From the NCBI GenBank assembly GCA_964035545.1, contig OZ037768.1, positions 23,655,319 to 23,719,318 of the forward strand: a stretch of 64,000 nucleotides of DNA. Reading direction: 5' to 3'. Below are positions 45,901 through 57,509 of the stretch, piece by piece (within the stretch, counting starts at the first letter, position 1; every line of letters starts with the position of its first letter). The notes beneath the pieces were generated by a model. It was not told the origin of the DNA and did no database searches. It saw only the letters and a program-made list of their open reading frames with translations. The stretch comes from Bugula neritina. Taxonomy: Eukaryota; Animalia; Bryozoa. The position numbers and the translations under genes were made by a program.

Positions 45901-48900
45901 GTAACACAGCTAGGAGTAAGTGTAACACAGCTAGGAGTAAGTGTAGCACAGCTAGGAGTAAGTGTAGCACAGCTAGGAGTAAGTGTAGCACAGCTAGGAG
46001 TAAGTGTAGCACAGCTAGGAGTAAGTGTAGCACAGCTAGGAGTAAGTGTAGCACAGCTAGGAGTGAGTGTAGCACAGCTAGGAGTAAGTGTAGCACAGCT
46101 AGGAGTAAGTGTAACACAGCTAGGAGTAAGTGTAGCACAGCTAGGAGTAAGTGTAACACAGCTAGGAGTAAGTGTAGCACAGCTAGGAGTAAGTGTAACA
46201 CAGCTAGGAGTAAGTGTAGCACAGCTAGGAGTAAGTGTAACACAGCTAGGAGTAAGTGTAACACAGCTAGGAGTAAGTGTAGCACAGCTAAGAGTAAGTG
46301 TAACACAGCTAGGAGTGAGTGTAACACAGCTAGGAGTAAGTGTAGCACAGCTAGGAGTAAGTGTAACACAGCTAGGAGTAAGTGTAACACAGCTAGGAGT
46401 AAGTGTAACACAGCTAGGAGTAAGTGTAGCACAGCTAGGAGTAAGTGTAACACAGCTAGGAGTAAGTGTAACACAGCTAGGAGTAAGTGTAACACAGCTA
46501 GGAGTAAGTGTAACACAGCTAGGAGTAAATACAAACTCCATACATAGTGAGAGACAATTGTTTCAATATATAACAGCGAATATAGAACTATTTCTACACA
46601 TCAGCGAAAGCAACTCCAGCAAACGTTGCTTGTAGGCAGATGTTGAGAAATTTCAACAGACTAGGCAACATTCTGATCACCTTTGTTTAGTCAATCATAG
46701 AGTTATCTGAAGAGGACATAACTCAAAATGTGCTATACAATGCAGCAACACAACAAATCCACAATTTTTTTTCTCTTTGGTTTCCCTTAATCCACTGTAA
46801 TTTGTAACTTCCTATAGGCCGGACACTAGTAACACCAGTAACTTCCCTTGTATGTAACAGAGACGCTCAAGTGAAACTGCCCACCCAACCATGTCTGTAG
46901 CATGCTGGTTTCTTTGTCATTGTGCACTCTTACATAAGAAGGACCCTCCCCTCCTAGTGCTTAGTGTAGAGACTAGATATTACACATCAGATGACAAAGG
47001 TGCAAGGAGAAGACAATAGACAATAGAACTGACAGTCAAACTAGTTATTATAAATACTAAAAGCCACAAATCTTATGCAGAGCTTTGAGGACCAGTTTGG
47101 GTCATCAGCTAAAGTCTCCAACTTACAAACAAGTTTTAACAATGAAATAGACTGATATTCACTGAATCTCAGCCTGTCAGGGGCAAGTAGAGGTCCATGA
47201 TACACGGAAGGTCAAATAATACATTTCCTAAATAGTAGAGTATATTGTCAACACATAGAACACTAGGTCAGCACTAAACTACACTCACTGTGTTGATATC
47301 CTTCACACTGACGGCCTCCGTCGACCAAATCCTGGACACAGTCTTAGAGGTCAGTGGTTGGTTGAGAGGTTGAGTGGGGTGAAGGAGACTGGTACTGGAG
47401 AGATTTGGGGCACTCCCATTACGTACCATCCCCCTGCTGGGATTCTCAGCTACGATACAAATATTATATTATTATATGTAATATAATATTATACTTGGAA
47501 TATTATATTATATAGTATAATACCTTATTATATAACATACTACAATACCATATAATACTATACTATATACATATAATACTATACTATATACATATAATAC
47601 TATACTATATACATATAATACTATACTATATACATATAATACTATACTATATACATATAATACTATATTATATACATATAATACTATACTATATACATAT
47701 AATACTATACTATATACATATAATACTATACTATATACATATAATACTATACTATATACATATAATACTATACTATATACATATAATACTATACTATATA
47801 CATATAATACTATACTATATACATATAATACTATATTATATACATATAATACTATACTATATACATATAATACTATACTATATACATATAATACTATACT
47901 ATATACATATAATACTATATTATGTAATGTATAACATCAGACAAGATATTGGAAAGTTTCCTAGCCTCTTATAGCCTAACCAACTCTGCAGGTAACAACT
48001 CAATGGTAAAGGAGATATCACAACTCACTGATATTAGTCTGTAGAATACGGGCATTGGCCAGTGGCTGACCCAGTATCCCCCGACTGGCACCGTTAGCAT
48101 TTGTTAAGATGAACTTCCCGTCGGCTGATCTGATCAGGCCGGCTGTGATAGGGAAGACACGAGGCAGCGATTGCCCGCTGTTCGGCAGCCGTGTGTGTGA
48201 AAGGAGAGAGGTAGCGGCGGGTCGTGGCCTGATGCTGACTGCAGGCAGCGTTACAGCTGCTTGAGACTGAGGGCTGTCGACCACGTCTATAGATTTGGTG
48301 CTCTGATTGGCAGGTTTCTCAGTGCTGACTTGCGTCACCTTCTCCTGGAATATGAAGAGCAAACGTAGTTTCACTTCTCACTACACTTGAAGTAGTCAAA
48401 CTACTAACTAGAGTACATCTTTCACTAGATATTCTCAATGGAACAACATTTTAAGCTGTAGAGACTTAAACTGGAGACAATGTAGATTATGTGGTGTAAG
48501 GGTATTTATTAGAGACACATTTGCTGAAGTAAATAGTCTACTTAAACCACAAAAAGTATCAGTACAGTTACAGTATATTAAACTGGCATGGCTGGCATTA
48601 TTCATATATTTTATAACAAAATATCTACCCTCTACCCTCTTAGACCAGCTGCCACCAAAACTACGTATGATGAAACACTAACAGTTTTGCCAGCAAAACT
48701 TCCTAGTAAATCACCTGTGTTAAGTTGTAATTAAATAAGGTTTTCTGGAGACATTTCAGAGTTTATATTTTACACCCGTAGCTTTGAGGAATTTAAAACT
48801 TTTATAATAATAGCGATGATTTAGGTATACCTACTGTTAGACATGATACAGCTGTGGTAGTATGACCTAGTATGACAAAGGTCATGGTTCAAACCCTGCC

Positions 48901-49354
48901 GGCCATTGGTGAAGTCAGAAAAAGAAACTGATTCAATTGTTACTGTGCCATACAAACACAGCCCTTAGAATAGTAAAATATTATTACCATCACTGGTTGT
49001 CACAGAGACTATCACTTTAGACTATCAACGAGAAATATTTTAAAGGTTAATTTAACATGACTTATTCACTTATACTAACCAACACCTTTTCTTTTAGGTT
49101 GTGTTTTATAAATAGTAGCTCATGAGGCAAAGGTTTAGGTTCCTAAATGTTGCATTAGATAACGTTGTGTGTTAGATACAAGCTGCTTTGGAGAGGCAAG
49201 CAACTCCTATAGAGAGCCATACGTGTAGGAAATAAAGGCAGAAGATCACAACAAGCTTTCTCACCTCCACGTCCTTGTTAACTTCATCTAGCAAGTCGAG
49301 AGCTTGTGAGAAGAGATCAACTTGACTTTGTCCTTGACTCCCGTCCCCATTCAT
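36953..49354 (-). CDS. SBNO1: Strawberry notch homolog (SF2 helicase-like), ~25 coding exons
   Basis: [21 protein letters not shown], Walker [120 protein letters not shown] at 49354, TGA at 36953-36955. Confidence 0.96.
40210..40413. repeat. ~14-bp minisatellite CAGGTAAGTATATA (minus strand TATATACTTACCTG)
   Basis: 10 copies of CAGGTAAGTA plus 2 of CAGGTGAGTA, filling SBNO1 intron 40206-40419. Confidence 0.9.
40590..41400. repeat. 20/27-bp minisatellite (ACAGTACACACTACATATAT variants)
   Basis: Fills SBNO1 intron ~40576-41413. Confidence 0.9.
43786..44042 (-). other. U12-type (minor spliceosome) GT-AG intron in SBNO1
   Basis: 5'SS GTATCCTTT directly after ...GAT GGT GTT; branch site TCCTTAAT ending 10 nt before the exon start; little polypyrimidine tract; joins DFDGV to IVFDECHK in frame. 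Confidence 0.9.
44990..45550. repeat. 19-21-bp minisatellite (TACACACACTCTACAGTATAC)
   Basis: Fills an SBNO1 intron. Confidence 0.9.
45876..46508. repeat. 21-bp minisatellite (GTGTAACACAGCTAGGAGTAA) x~30
   Basis: Near-perfect intronic tandem array; source of three spurious long ORFs. Confidence 0.93.
47550..47920. repeat. 21-bp AT-rich minisatellite (TATAATACTATACTATATACA)
   Basis: Tandem array in SBNO1 intron 47450-48028. Confidence 0.9.
48850..48960 (+). mobile_element. Degenerate tRNA-derived SINE remnant
   Basis: B-box GGTTCAAACCC at ~48886 followed by GGCCATTGGTGAAGTCAGAAAAAG, similar to the copy at ~32940-32980. Confidence 0.4.
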
Positions 49355-50799
49355 GCTGACAGTATACTACAGTGTCTACTTAGTTTCCTTTTGCTTTGGC
49401 AACATCACCATCAGTGTGAGAGTAGAGCAATGTTCTGTAGGTAGGAAGAAGATAGGTGGAAACACTAAACAAAGAAATAAACCTGTGACACAATGTGATA
49501 ATTACAACTTTATTACGTTCAAGTAGCTACAGACAAAGATAAGATAAGCTTAGCTTCTGTTCAATAGAAAAGCTGGGCAGACAATGACAAACACTGATGA
49601 GGAAACATAAGGTTTTAGCTGTAAACGGTACCCAACAATAACTCTTATTAATGTCAGTTTCAAATATTTTAGAGTAAAAACCAACTTCCCAGTTGCATGT
49701 AGAATATAGTGTACGTCAACAGCAAAAGTATTAGACTTTACATATTACAGTATGTTTTTACAGCTAAGGAAGTAAAGATCAAAAAACTGCTCAACTAAAA
49801 ATTATGACTATGATAATAAAGTATTTGGAGTTATGTCTTGTCTTTTAATTCATTGAGTGAAAAAGATTTAATAAATGTGATGTCACAGTGTTACTGTGCA
49901 ATGCATCTCACAGGAAACACAAGCAAACAAGGGTGTCTCTACTAAATTTGGCAAAAGAAAGGACCGTAAATAAGTTAAATAATGGGACAGTCCTCTACCA
50001 TAAACTTAACAGAATAAATGAAAGTGTTATTACTGATACAGAGAAAGTATATTGAATGCATAATATACACTCAAGCATACAATATAAAAATAACGGTCAA
50101 TGACAAATAATCTGTAATTTCAAATTATTAAATACCGAGATTTTACAATTTGTATATAAATTATTACTGAAAGAATACACAGTCATGCGATTAGTATTAC
50201 TGGGATTATAATTAAAACCACACTGACTACATAAGATATTTACATTGATAAGCCTGTGAATATTACTCTAGCTATAATATTAAAAAGATGCTAAATGAAG
50301 CTTTAGACTAGTTAAGAAAAGACTGGGATTAAAATTGACTTTGAGAGTAATTATCAACCAGACTGTTACACGCAATAAAATTCCATTACTTATACAGAAC
50401 TTAGCATTACTATTAGAATTTACACTTAAGATTACTCAGATTACAGTTATGCCCATGAGTTATGAAATCACTATTACCAGACTTAATTAACACTTAGTGA
50501 GTATTACTAGAGTAGGACTATAAATATAATAATATCTATTAGTTATTATATAGTATATTACAGTCATCTGACACTTACCTCTTAATAATTTATTATTGAT
50601 TTATTATACAATCATTTATCAGTTACGGTTAAAAACCTTGTGCAAGCATCTACTTCTAGTCATGGTATGAGTATCGATTATACTAACTCTTACTCTTAGC
50701 CTTCTACTTATAGTTACTACTATATTTTTAGTTGCGTAGTTAAATTTAAAGTTGATGTTATAGTGTTATACTTAATCTTATACTTATAGTTATACTTAC

Positions 50800-53700
50800 T
50801 GTTCGGTGTTCATGTAAACATTTATTTCTAATTTGTTATTTTATTATTTTACTATTTTTTGTCATAATCTTAATAATTAATTGTATCACTTATTGTAATA
50901 GTTTTAGTATTTTCGTGTATATATATTGTGGTAATAAATCACGGCTTCGGCCTCTTACGTTTATCAACTAACTCGAGCACGTTCTGTCTTTTCACGATAG
51001 CTGAAATAATATCACAAATCAACATAAAACATGGTGCCCCGAGTCTAATTATTATTAATATTACACTGAAATAACATGGAGCAATTACTAGCGCCAAAAC
51101 CATTAGCAGATGGACCGAATTTACCTGAGGAATGGAAGATTTTTAAACGTGACTTCGAACTTTTTTTAACTGCCACATCGAAAGATACAGCCGAAGGCAA
51201 AGTGAAAACTGCATACCTACTTAGAACTATCGGTCGCCGAGGCAACCAAATATACGACTCTTTCAACTGGACTGACAACAATGACAAAACTGACTATGAC
51301 AAAGTTGTGACGCAGTTTGATGACTACTGCAAACCAAGAATAAACTTAGTGGCTAAGACTCACTCACTACTGACTTGTAAGCAAGGAAATAGAACTATTG
51401 ACGAATTTTTGACTGAACTACATACCATTGCAGGACTATGTGACTTAAAAAACATGTACAACCGACTGATACTACAAGCACTGATACTGGGAATTGAAAG
51501 TGACAAGATTAGAAAGAAACTGTTTGACTTGACTGACTTTGACAAAGCAATTGAACTCTGCAGACGAGAAGAAGCATCGGCTATTGACTACAAGACTATG
51601 ACTAAGGATAACACATATGGACTCGAACAAGTGAACTTGGTAAAACATAGACCTCCGACTCATCAATATCACTCTAATGACACTCGTAACACTGATAAAC
51701 ACAGAGGACAACTTTCACACACTCACTCTCAGCCCAACGTCAGAAAATCAGTTGGTGCTTCTAGGTGTGGAAACTGTGGAGGCAATCACCCACCTCGAGC
51801 ATGCCCAGCATATGGGAAACAGTGCAATCATTGCAAGAAATTTAACCACTTTGCTACATACTGCAGGTCACGCATGCATCATTATCGCGACTCAACCGAA
51901 ACAGCCAATCAAGTCACCTGGAATTACTCTTCAGACAGTGACTCTCAACATGTAAGTACTATCTCCACTACTGTACGAGATCGTAAATTATTAGCGATGC
52001 TCACTGCTAAGCAAGCAGATACTATTTATGACATTGAATTCCAACTTGACACTGGTGCATCATGCAATACTTTGAATACGATCGACTACGACAAGCTAGG
52101 TAGACCGAAACTTACACCGACTGATACTGTACTAACTTTATATGACCAGAGCAAGTGTGCACCACTAGGGTGGACACGGATACAGATACTAAACAAGCAA
52201 GGATGTTACACTACATTAAAATTCCTAGTTGTGGAAACCACCCAACATAGCTTGCTGTCATGGAAATCATGTTTGCACCTGGATTTATTACAAATGCCCA
52301 GCACCAAAAGCGAGAATGTAAACTTTGCCACTACTGACCCAGACCTTCAGACTTTACTGACTAACTTTGATGACATATTTACCGGACTTGGAAAGTTTGA
52401 ACAGGAATATAGGATAGAGCTAAGACCTGAAGCTGTACCAGTGCAAGTCCGACCGCGGAAGGTGCCCTTGTCGATGAAATCAGATCTCATCAAGACTATT
52501 CTTGAACTAGAACAACGTCAAATTATCGCTAAGGTAGAAGCACCTACAGACTGGATAAGCCATCTACAACCAGTGCGCAAGCCTAATGGAAAGATACGCA
52601 TCTGCATAGATCCGCAAAATCTCAATCAAGCAATTAAACGAAACCACGCTGTCATGCCAACATTGGAAGATGTTTTGCCACAACTCAACGGTGCCAAGTT
52701 TTTCTCCTTGTGTGACGCCAAAGAAGGTTTCTATCAAATTCCCCTAGCTGAGGAATCTACAGACTTGACAACTTTCTGGACTCCCATAGGAAAGTACAAG
52801 TACCTAAGGCTACCCTTTGGAATTGCATCAGCGCCGGAGGAGTTTCAGAGAAGGCTCACGGAAAATCTTGCTGGTCTTGATGGCATCACCATAGTTGCAG
52901 ATGACATCCTAATTTTTGGAAGCACAAGGAAAGAGCATGATAGAAACCTTGAAGCGCTCTTCAAACGTGCTCGACAGACAGGACTGAGACTGAACAAGGA
53001 AAAATCCCGCTTCCTTCAGGACGAACTACCTTACATTGGACACATACTGACAACTAATGGACTTAAACCAGATCCTAACAAAGTAAAAGCCATTCTTAAG
53101 ATGAAACCTCCCTCATCTCCACAGGGAGTAAAACGATTCCTTGGTCACATCACATACATGTCAAAATTTATTAGCAACCTAGCATCGGAATCTGAACCAT
53201 TACGACGTTTACTGACACAAGACAATGCTCAAGACTTTCACTGGACTGACGACCAAATGAACGCTTTTAATAGACTGAAGACCTTACTAACTGACTCAGA
53301 AACTCTACAATACTTTGACTGCAACAAGCCAGTAACTATACAAACTGACGCTTCAAATGCTGGTGTGGGTGCAACACTCATGCAAGGAGGCAAGCCTGTA
53401 GCATATGCATCTCGCAGTTTAACAAAATCGGAACAGAACTATGTGCCACTAGAGCTTGAGTGCCTTGCCATAGTGTTTGGCACTGAACGCTTTGACCAGT
53501 ATATCTTTGGTCACCATGCTGTCACTATCCAAACTGACCACAAACCCCTTGTATCTATTTTCAGGAAATCCATTCATAAGGCATCTCGGAGGTTGCAGGC
53601 TATGCTTCTTCACTTACAAAGATACCCCAACATTAAGGTAACTTGGCAAAAGGGTGCTGAACAGATCACGGCTGACTTACTCTCAAGAGACTCATACTTT

Positions 53701-55299
53701 GACTCCCCCAACTATCAACAACTACCAGAACACATTTTTCACATTGACTCTCAAAATAATGATGCTCCTGTTTGTGACGACTTAATTGACAACATTAGGA
53801 CTGCTACTGCACAGGACAATGAACTTATGACACTGACAAACCTTATTAAACATGACTGGAACATTGCCAACTGCACAACTCACGACAAGTACAAACACTT
53901 TCAGGACGAACTATCTATTGACAATGGCATTGTTTACAAAGGACTACGAGCCATTATTCCAAAGACACTCCAGAGAAAGTTTCTCCAACTACTTCACACC
54001 GGCCATAATGGGATTAACTCCACACTAAGACGTGCCCGCCACACAGTGTTTTGGCTTGGCATCACCAATGACATCAAAAACAATATTGCTAACTGTCGAC
54101 AATGTCAACTGGATGCTCCCCGGCAACAGAAGGAAACACTTTTACTCCACACAGTTCCCCAACAACCCTGGACCAAAGTAGGAATTGACTTGTTTGAATA
54201 CAATCACACTCACTACATTACTATTGTTGACTATACGACTGACTACCTTGAATATGACCGACTGGACAACCAAACAGCAGAGGCTGTTATCAACTCCATA
54301 AAGCGCTGTTTTGGACGCCTGGGAATACCCAGACAGGTTCACACTGACAACGGACCACAGTTTACCTCGCACCAGTTTTCCACTTTCAGCCAATCATGGA
54401 ATTTCACACACACCACCAGCTCTCCATATCATCCTCAGTCCAATGGGAAGGCAGAGTCTGCTGTGAAGATAGCCAAACGTATACTCCGCAGATGTGAAGA
54501 GCCCGAACTTGCGTTACTGGAACATCTCAACACCACCAAAGAAGGCCTGACGGCCAGCCCAATTCAGCAACTTATCGGAAGACCCACCAGGTCAGTACTC
54601 CCACAAGTTCAGCCAGAAACAGAGAACAACCAAGGTTGGTGGGAAAAGCAGGGCCGCAATGAAAAACTGCAGCAGAGATGCAATGACGGTGCAAGAGATT
54701 TGGCAGTGCTGAAAGAAGGGCAACCAGTTTTGGTTCGAGACTGGAGTCAGCACCGGAGAAAATGGCAGGAGGCGCAAATTAACAAACAATTGAGTAGCAG
54801 AGCCTATGCCATACAACTTAACAACAACCTCTTTCGGAGAAACCGGCGAGACATCAGACCACTCGTCACGGAGCCAGCGAGTCCTGAGACACCAAAGGAT
54901 CCTAAACAAAACGCTAGTAGTACCCAGGTTGACACCACCGAGAGCGCCAATCATAGCGACAATCTAAGACGTTCAACCAGAGAACGGAAGCCACCTAGTT
55001 GGATGGCAGACTATGTGCCCTCTTAAAACAATCATATCTAAATAGCTTTTTTCTATTCTGTGGGAGATGTTCGGTGTTCATGTAAACATTTATTTCTAAT
55101 TTGTTATTTTATTATTTTACTATTTTTTGTCATAATCTTAATAATTAATTGTATCACTTATTGTAATAGTTTTAGTATTTTCGTGTATATATATTGTGGT
55201 AATAAATCACGGCTTCGGCCTCTTACGTTTATCAACTAACTCGAGCACGTTCTGTCTTTTCACGATAGCTGAAATAATATCACAAATCAACATAAAACA
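50800..55299 (+). mobile_element. Full-length Ty3/Gypsy LTR retrotransposon (Mag-like)
   Basis: 232-bp LTRs 50800-51031 and 55068-55299 (TG...CA, identical by eye); 5-bp TSD CTTAC (50795-50799, 55300-55304); PBS TGGTGCCCCGAGT at 51032; short purine tract GGGAGA before the 3' LTR. Confidence 0.97.
51076..55026 (+). CDS. Gag-Pol polyprotein (Gag with two CCHC knuckles, protease, RT, RNase H, integrase)
   Basis: 1316-aa uninterrupted ORF: CGNCGGNH..C and CNHCKKFNH..C, LDTGAS protease, RLPFG and VADD RT motifs, TDAS RNase H, H..H..C..C zinc finger, integrase D (GIDLF), D (TDNG), E (GKAE). Domain order PR-RT-RH-IN is Gypsy-type. Confidence 0.97.
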   Translation: MEQLLAPKPLADGPNLPEEWKIFKRDFELFLTATSKDTAEGKVKTAYLLRTIGRRGNQIYDSFNWTDNNDKTDYDKVVTQFDDYCKPRINLVAKTHSLLTCKQGNRTIDEFLTELHTIAGLCDLKNMYNRLILQALILGIESDKIRKKLFDLTDFDKAIELCRREEASAIDYKTMTKDNTYGLEQVNLVKHRPPTHQYHSNDTRNTDKHRGQLSHTHSQPNVRKSVGASRCGNCGGNHPPRACPAYGKQCNHCKKFNHFATYCRSRMHHYRDSTETANQVTWNYSSDSDSQHVSTISTTVRDRKLLAMLTAKQADTIYDIEFQLDTGASCNTLNTIDYDKLGRPKLTPTDTVLTLYDQSKCAPLGWTRIQILNKQGCYTTLKFLVVETTQHSLLSWKSCLHLDLLQMPSTKSENVNFATTDPDLQTLLTNFDDIFTGLGKFEQEYRIELRPEAVPVQVRPRKVPLSMKSDLIKTILELEQRQIIAKVEAPTDWISHLQPVRKPNGKIRICIDPQNLNQAIKRNHAVMPTLEDVLPQLNGAKFFSLCDAKEGFYQIPLAEESTDLTTFWTPIGKYKYLRLPFGIASAPEEFQRRLTENLAGLDGITIVADDILIFGSTRKEHDRNLEALFKRARQTGLRLNKEKSRFLQDELPYIGHILTTNGLKPDPNKVKAILKMKPPSSPQGVKRFLGHITYMSKFISNLASESEPLRRLLTQDNAQDFHWTDDQMNAFNRLKTLLTDSETLQYFDCNKPVTIQTDASNAGVGATLMQGGKPVAYASRSLTKSEQNYVPLELECLAIVFGTERFDQYIFGHHAVTIQTDHKPLVSIFRKSIHKASRRLQAMLLHLQRYPNIKVTWQKGAEQITADLLSRDSYFDSPNYQQLPEHIFHIDSQNNDAPVCDDLIDNIRTATAQDNELMTLTNLIKHDWNIANCTTHDKYKHFQDELSIDNGIVYKGLRAIIPKTLQRKFLQLLHTGHNGINSTLRRARHTVFWLGITNDIKNNIANCRQCQLDAPRQQKETLLLHTVPQQPWTKVGIDLFEYNHTHYITIVDYTTDYLEYDRLDNQTAEAVINSIKRCFGRLGIPRQVHTDNGPQFTSHQFSTFSQSWNFTHTTSSPYHPQSNGKAESAVKIAKRILRRCEEPELALLEHLNTTKEGLTASPIQQLIGRPTRSVLPQVQPETENNQGWWEKQGRNEKLQQRCNDGARDLAVLKEGQPVLVRDWSQHRRKWQEAQINKQLSSRAYAIQLNNNLFRRNRRDIRPLVTEPASPETPKDPKQNASSTQVDTTESANHSDNLRRSTRERKPPSWMADYVPS

Positions 55300-57509
55300 C
55301 TTACAGTAAATCAAAATGCAATAGACCATCACCATAGTCATAGTGTAGCTCTTACAGTTACTCTACTAATTAATATTAATAAATAAGTCATACTCATAGT
55401 CATAGCGAGTTAGTCATATTGACTAATTTAACGGATTTGTTTGAACAATATTACGAATCGTAATTATCAAATTCAATATCAATATGACGTTCAAATTGAA
55501 TGACATTCTCATTCTTATTGATTCTAATTCACTTTCAGTTTCACTGAAACTGAAAGTAAAACTCAAACTGAATGATCCACCCCTAGTTTCACATAGCAAT
55601 ATTGATTATATTACAAATAAAATTGTTTGATTGTTTGCCAAATAAGATACACAATTAAAAACCAAGCACTAACGACTATTGCATCTTAATACTGGAGGAA
55701 CACGTTGAAATAAATCACAAGTTCCCACGCTTGACCACAAGCCTAAGGTTTAAACTTTAGCAAAATGATGTTAGGAGTATCCGGTGGCTGCGGTAAAGTT
55801 CGACATCATTGGCCATCAGTATTAAAATGCAAAATATTCTGTTTCAGTGTCAGACCTTAGTTAAAAGACTTGTGTATTTTTGTAAAAGCTCATACAGCAA
55901 AAGTAAATTTTTTAAATTTGTATTTTAGCACTATTTCAAACAACTTTTTCCTACAAAATTATTTGGTGCTCACAATTCCATTTGTAATTGCTACAACTTG
56001 GTTTCCGGATAAAATATTTAAATAATAATTTTCAGTTGGGCCATCATAGTGATAGTCATCTCATTGTGATTATAGTTTTTAAATTTATGAATTGAAATTC
56101 TTACTCTATTCTCTCATTTTGCAACTGTTTAATTTTTTATTCACCTACGTATAAATTTTTGTTACATAGAGTGAAATAGTAAATGTGATGGTACAATCTC
56201 GATATGATAATCATAATAATATTCAAGTTCATCACTTCATCATGTTGATGTTCAACTTCAAGCTTTTATTTTAGTTTAGTTATTGTTAGAGTTCAAATTG
56301 AAGGTTCATGGTGATATTGAATTTGATATTTAACTTTATCAGTTTATGACCTTTATCTTATCATGTTGTTCAAGTTGATGGTGACGATGTTAAATTTACT
56401 GTAGTTGTTAAAAATAAAATGAATATCAAATTCATTTTCAATATCATTATGATTATCAAAATATCAATATTTTAATAATATTATATTTATTATATCAGCA
56501 TAATTTTTTATATAATGATATTGATACTGATAAATTAAAACATCAACTTCAAGTTCAAGTTTTAAATTAAAATTGAAATAAATATCGAATTTTTTGCACT
56601 TTACCTTTATTTATAATAATAATTTATAATTAGTTTCCTAATAGTAATCATTATTAATTCAATGCTACTTAATTTGAAATTGTCAATTACATTAATATTT
56701 ATAATATAACGTAAGTTGAAGTATAACTTATAAAAGCAATAATAACATTATTTAGTTTTGGTACCTTTGGCTTTACTAATGATATTATTATTTATTGCAA
56801 AATGAATAATTATAATAATGACTGTAATAATTATAGTTATATACTATCAGTCATGCTAATGCTGTTGATTAAATTGTGAGTGTTATATACTCATTTACTT
56901 TTAGTATTTCAAGGCTGTCAAATAACAAAAAGTAATGTAACATGAAATGTAAATATTATTATTTGTTGTACAGTTGTGAAAGCTTAAAATTTGTAGGCCA
57001 AGAAAAAAAATCTGTTTCTTGATTTTTAACAAGGATTTAGTTTTTAGTTGGTAATTACATTTCTATTTACGTGTGTAGACACTATTTGTAATAAAGCTGT
57101 CAATAACTTCAAGTTGATGTCAGCTTTTATTTTATTTTTTGATGGAATTAAATTAACTGCATGCAAATAACCTTTCCATGAACTATTTTTTGGCAATGTT
57201 AAATTTTATGTAGTTGTTTGACTAGTAATACAGTTTGAGGTTATCTTGAATACTAGCCAAGTTCAAACAGGGTGTTTGCAAATCTCAAGCAATTTATTTT
57301 ATTCCACTTTTGTATAAAAATTGCTAGTTTCAGATATACTATATAACAATATGTGCAATGAATTTGATGGCCCCAAGAGTTCCTGCCATGTTTTAGTTTT
57401 TACCAAGTATCTGTTGTTAATCGTTTGTCTGCATACTTAATTTTTGTCTGTCTATATAGTACGTATGCACACTCATATGTCGTACTACTTGTAGTAGACT
57501 TCCTCTAAC

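Noticed and set aside
45789-46635. Three overlapping 238-253-aa ORFs ([14 protein letters not shown] and GVSVTQL repeats)
   Set aside because: Translations of a 21-bp intronic minisatellite with no unique coding flanks.
52891-52905. RT motif VADD instead of YxDD as a sign of inactivity
   Set aside because: Non-Tyr xADD motifs occur in Mag-like Gypsy elements, and both catalytic Asp residues are intact.
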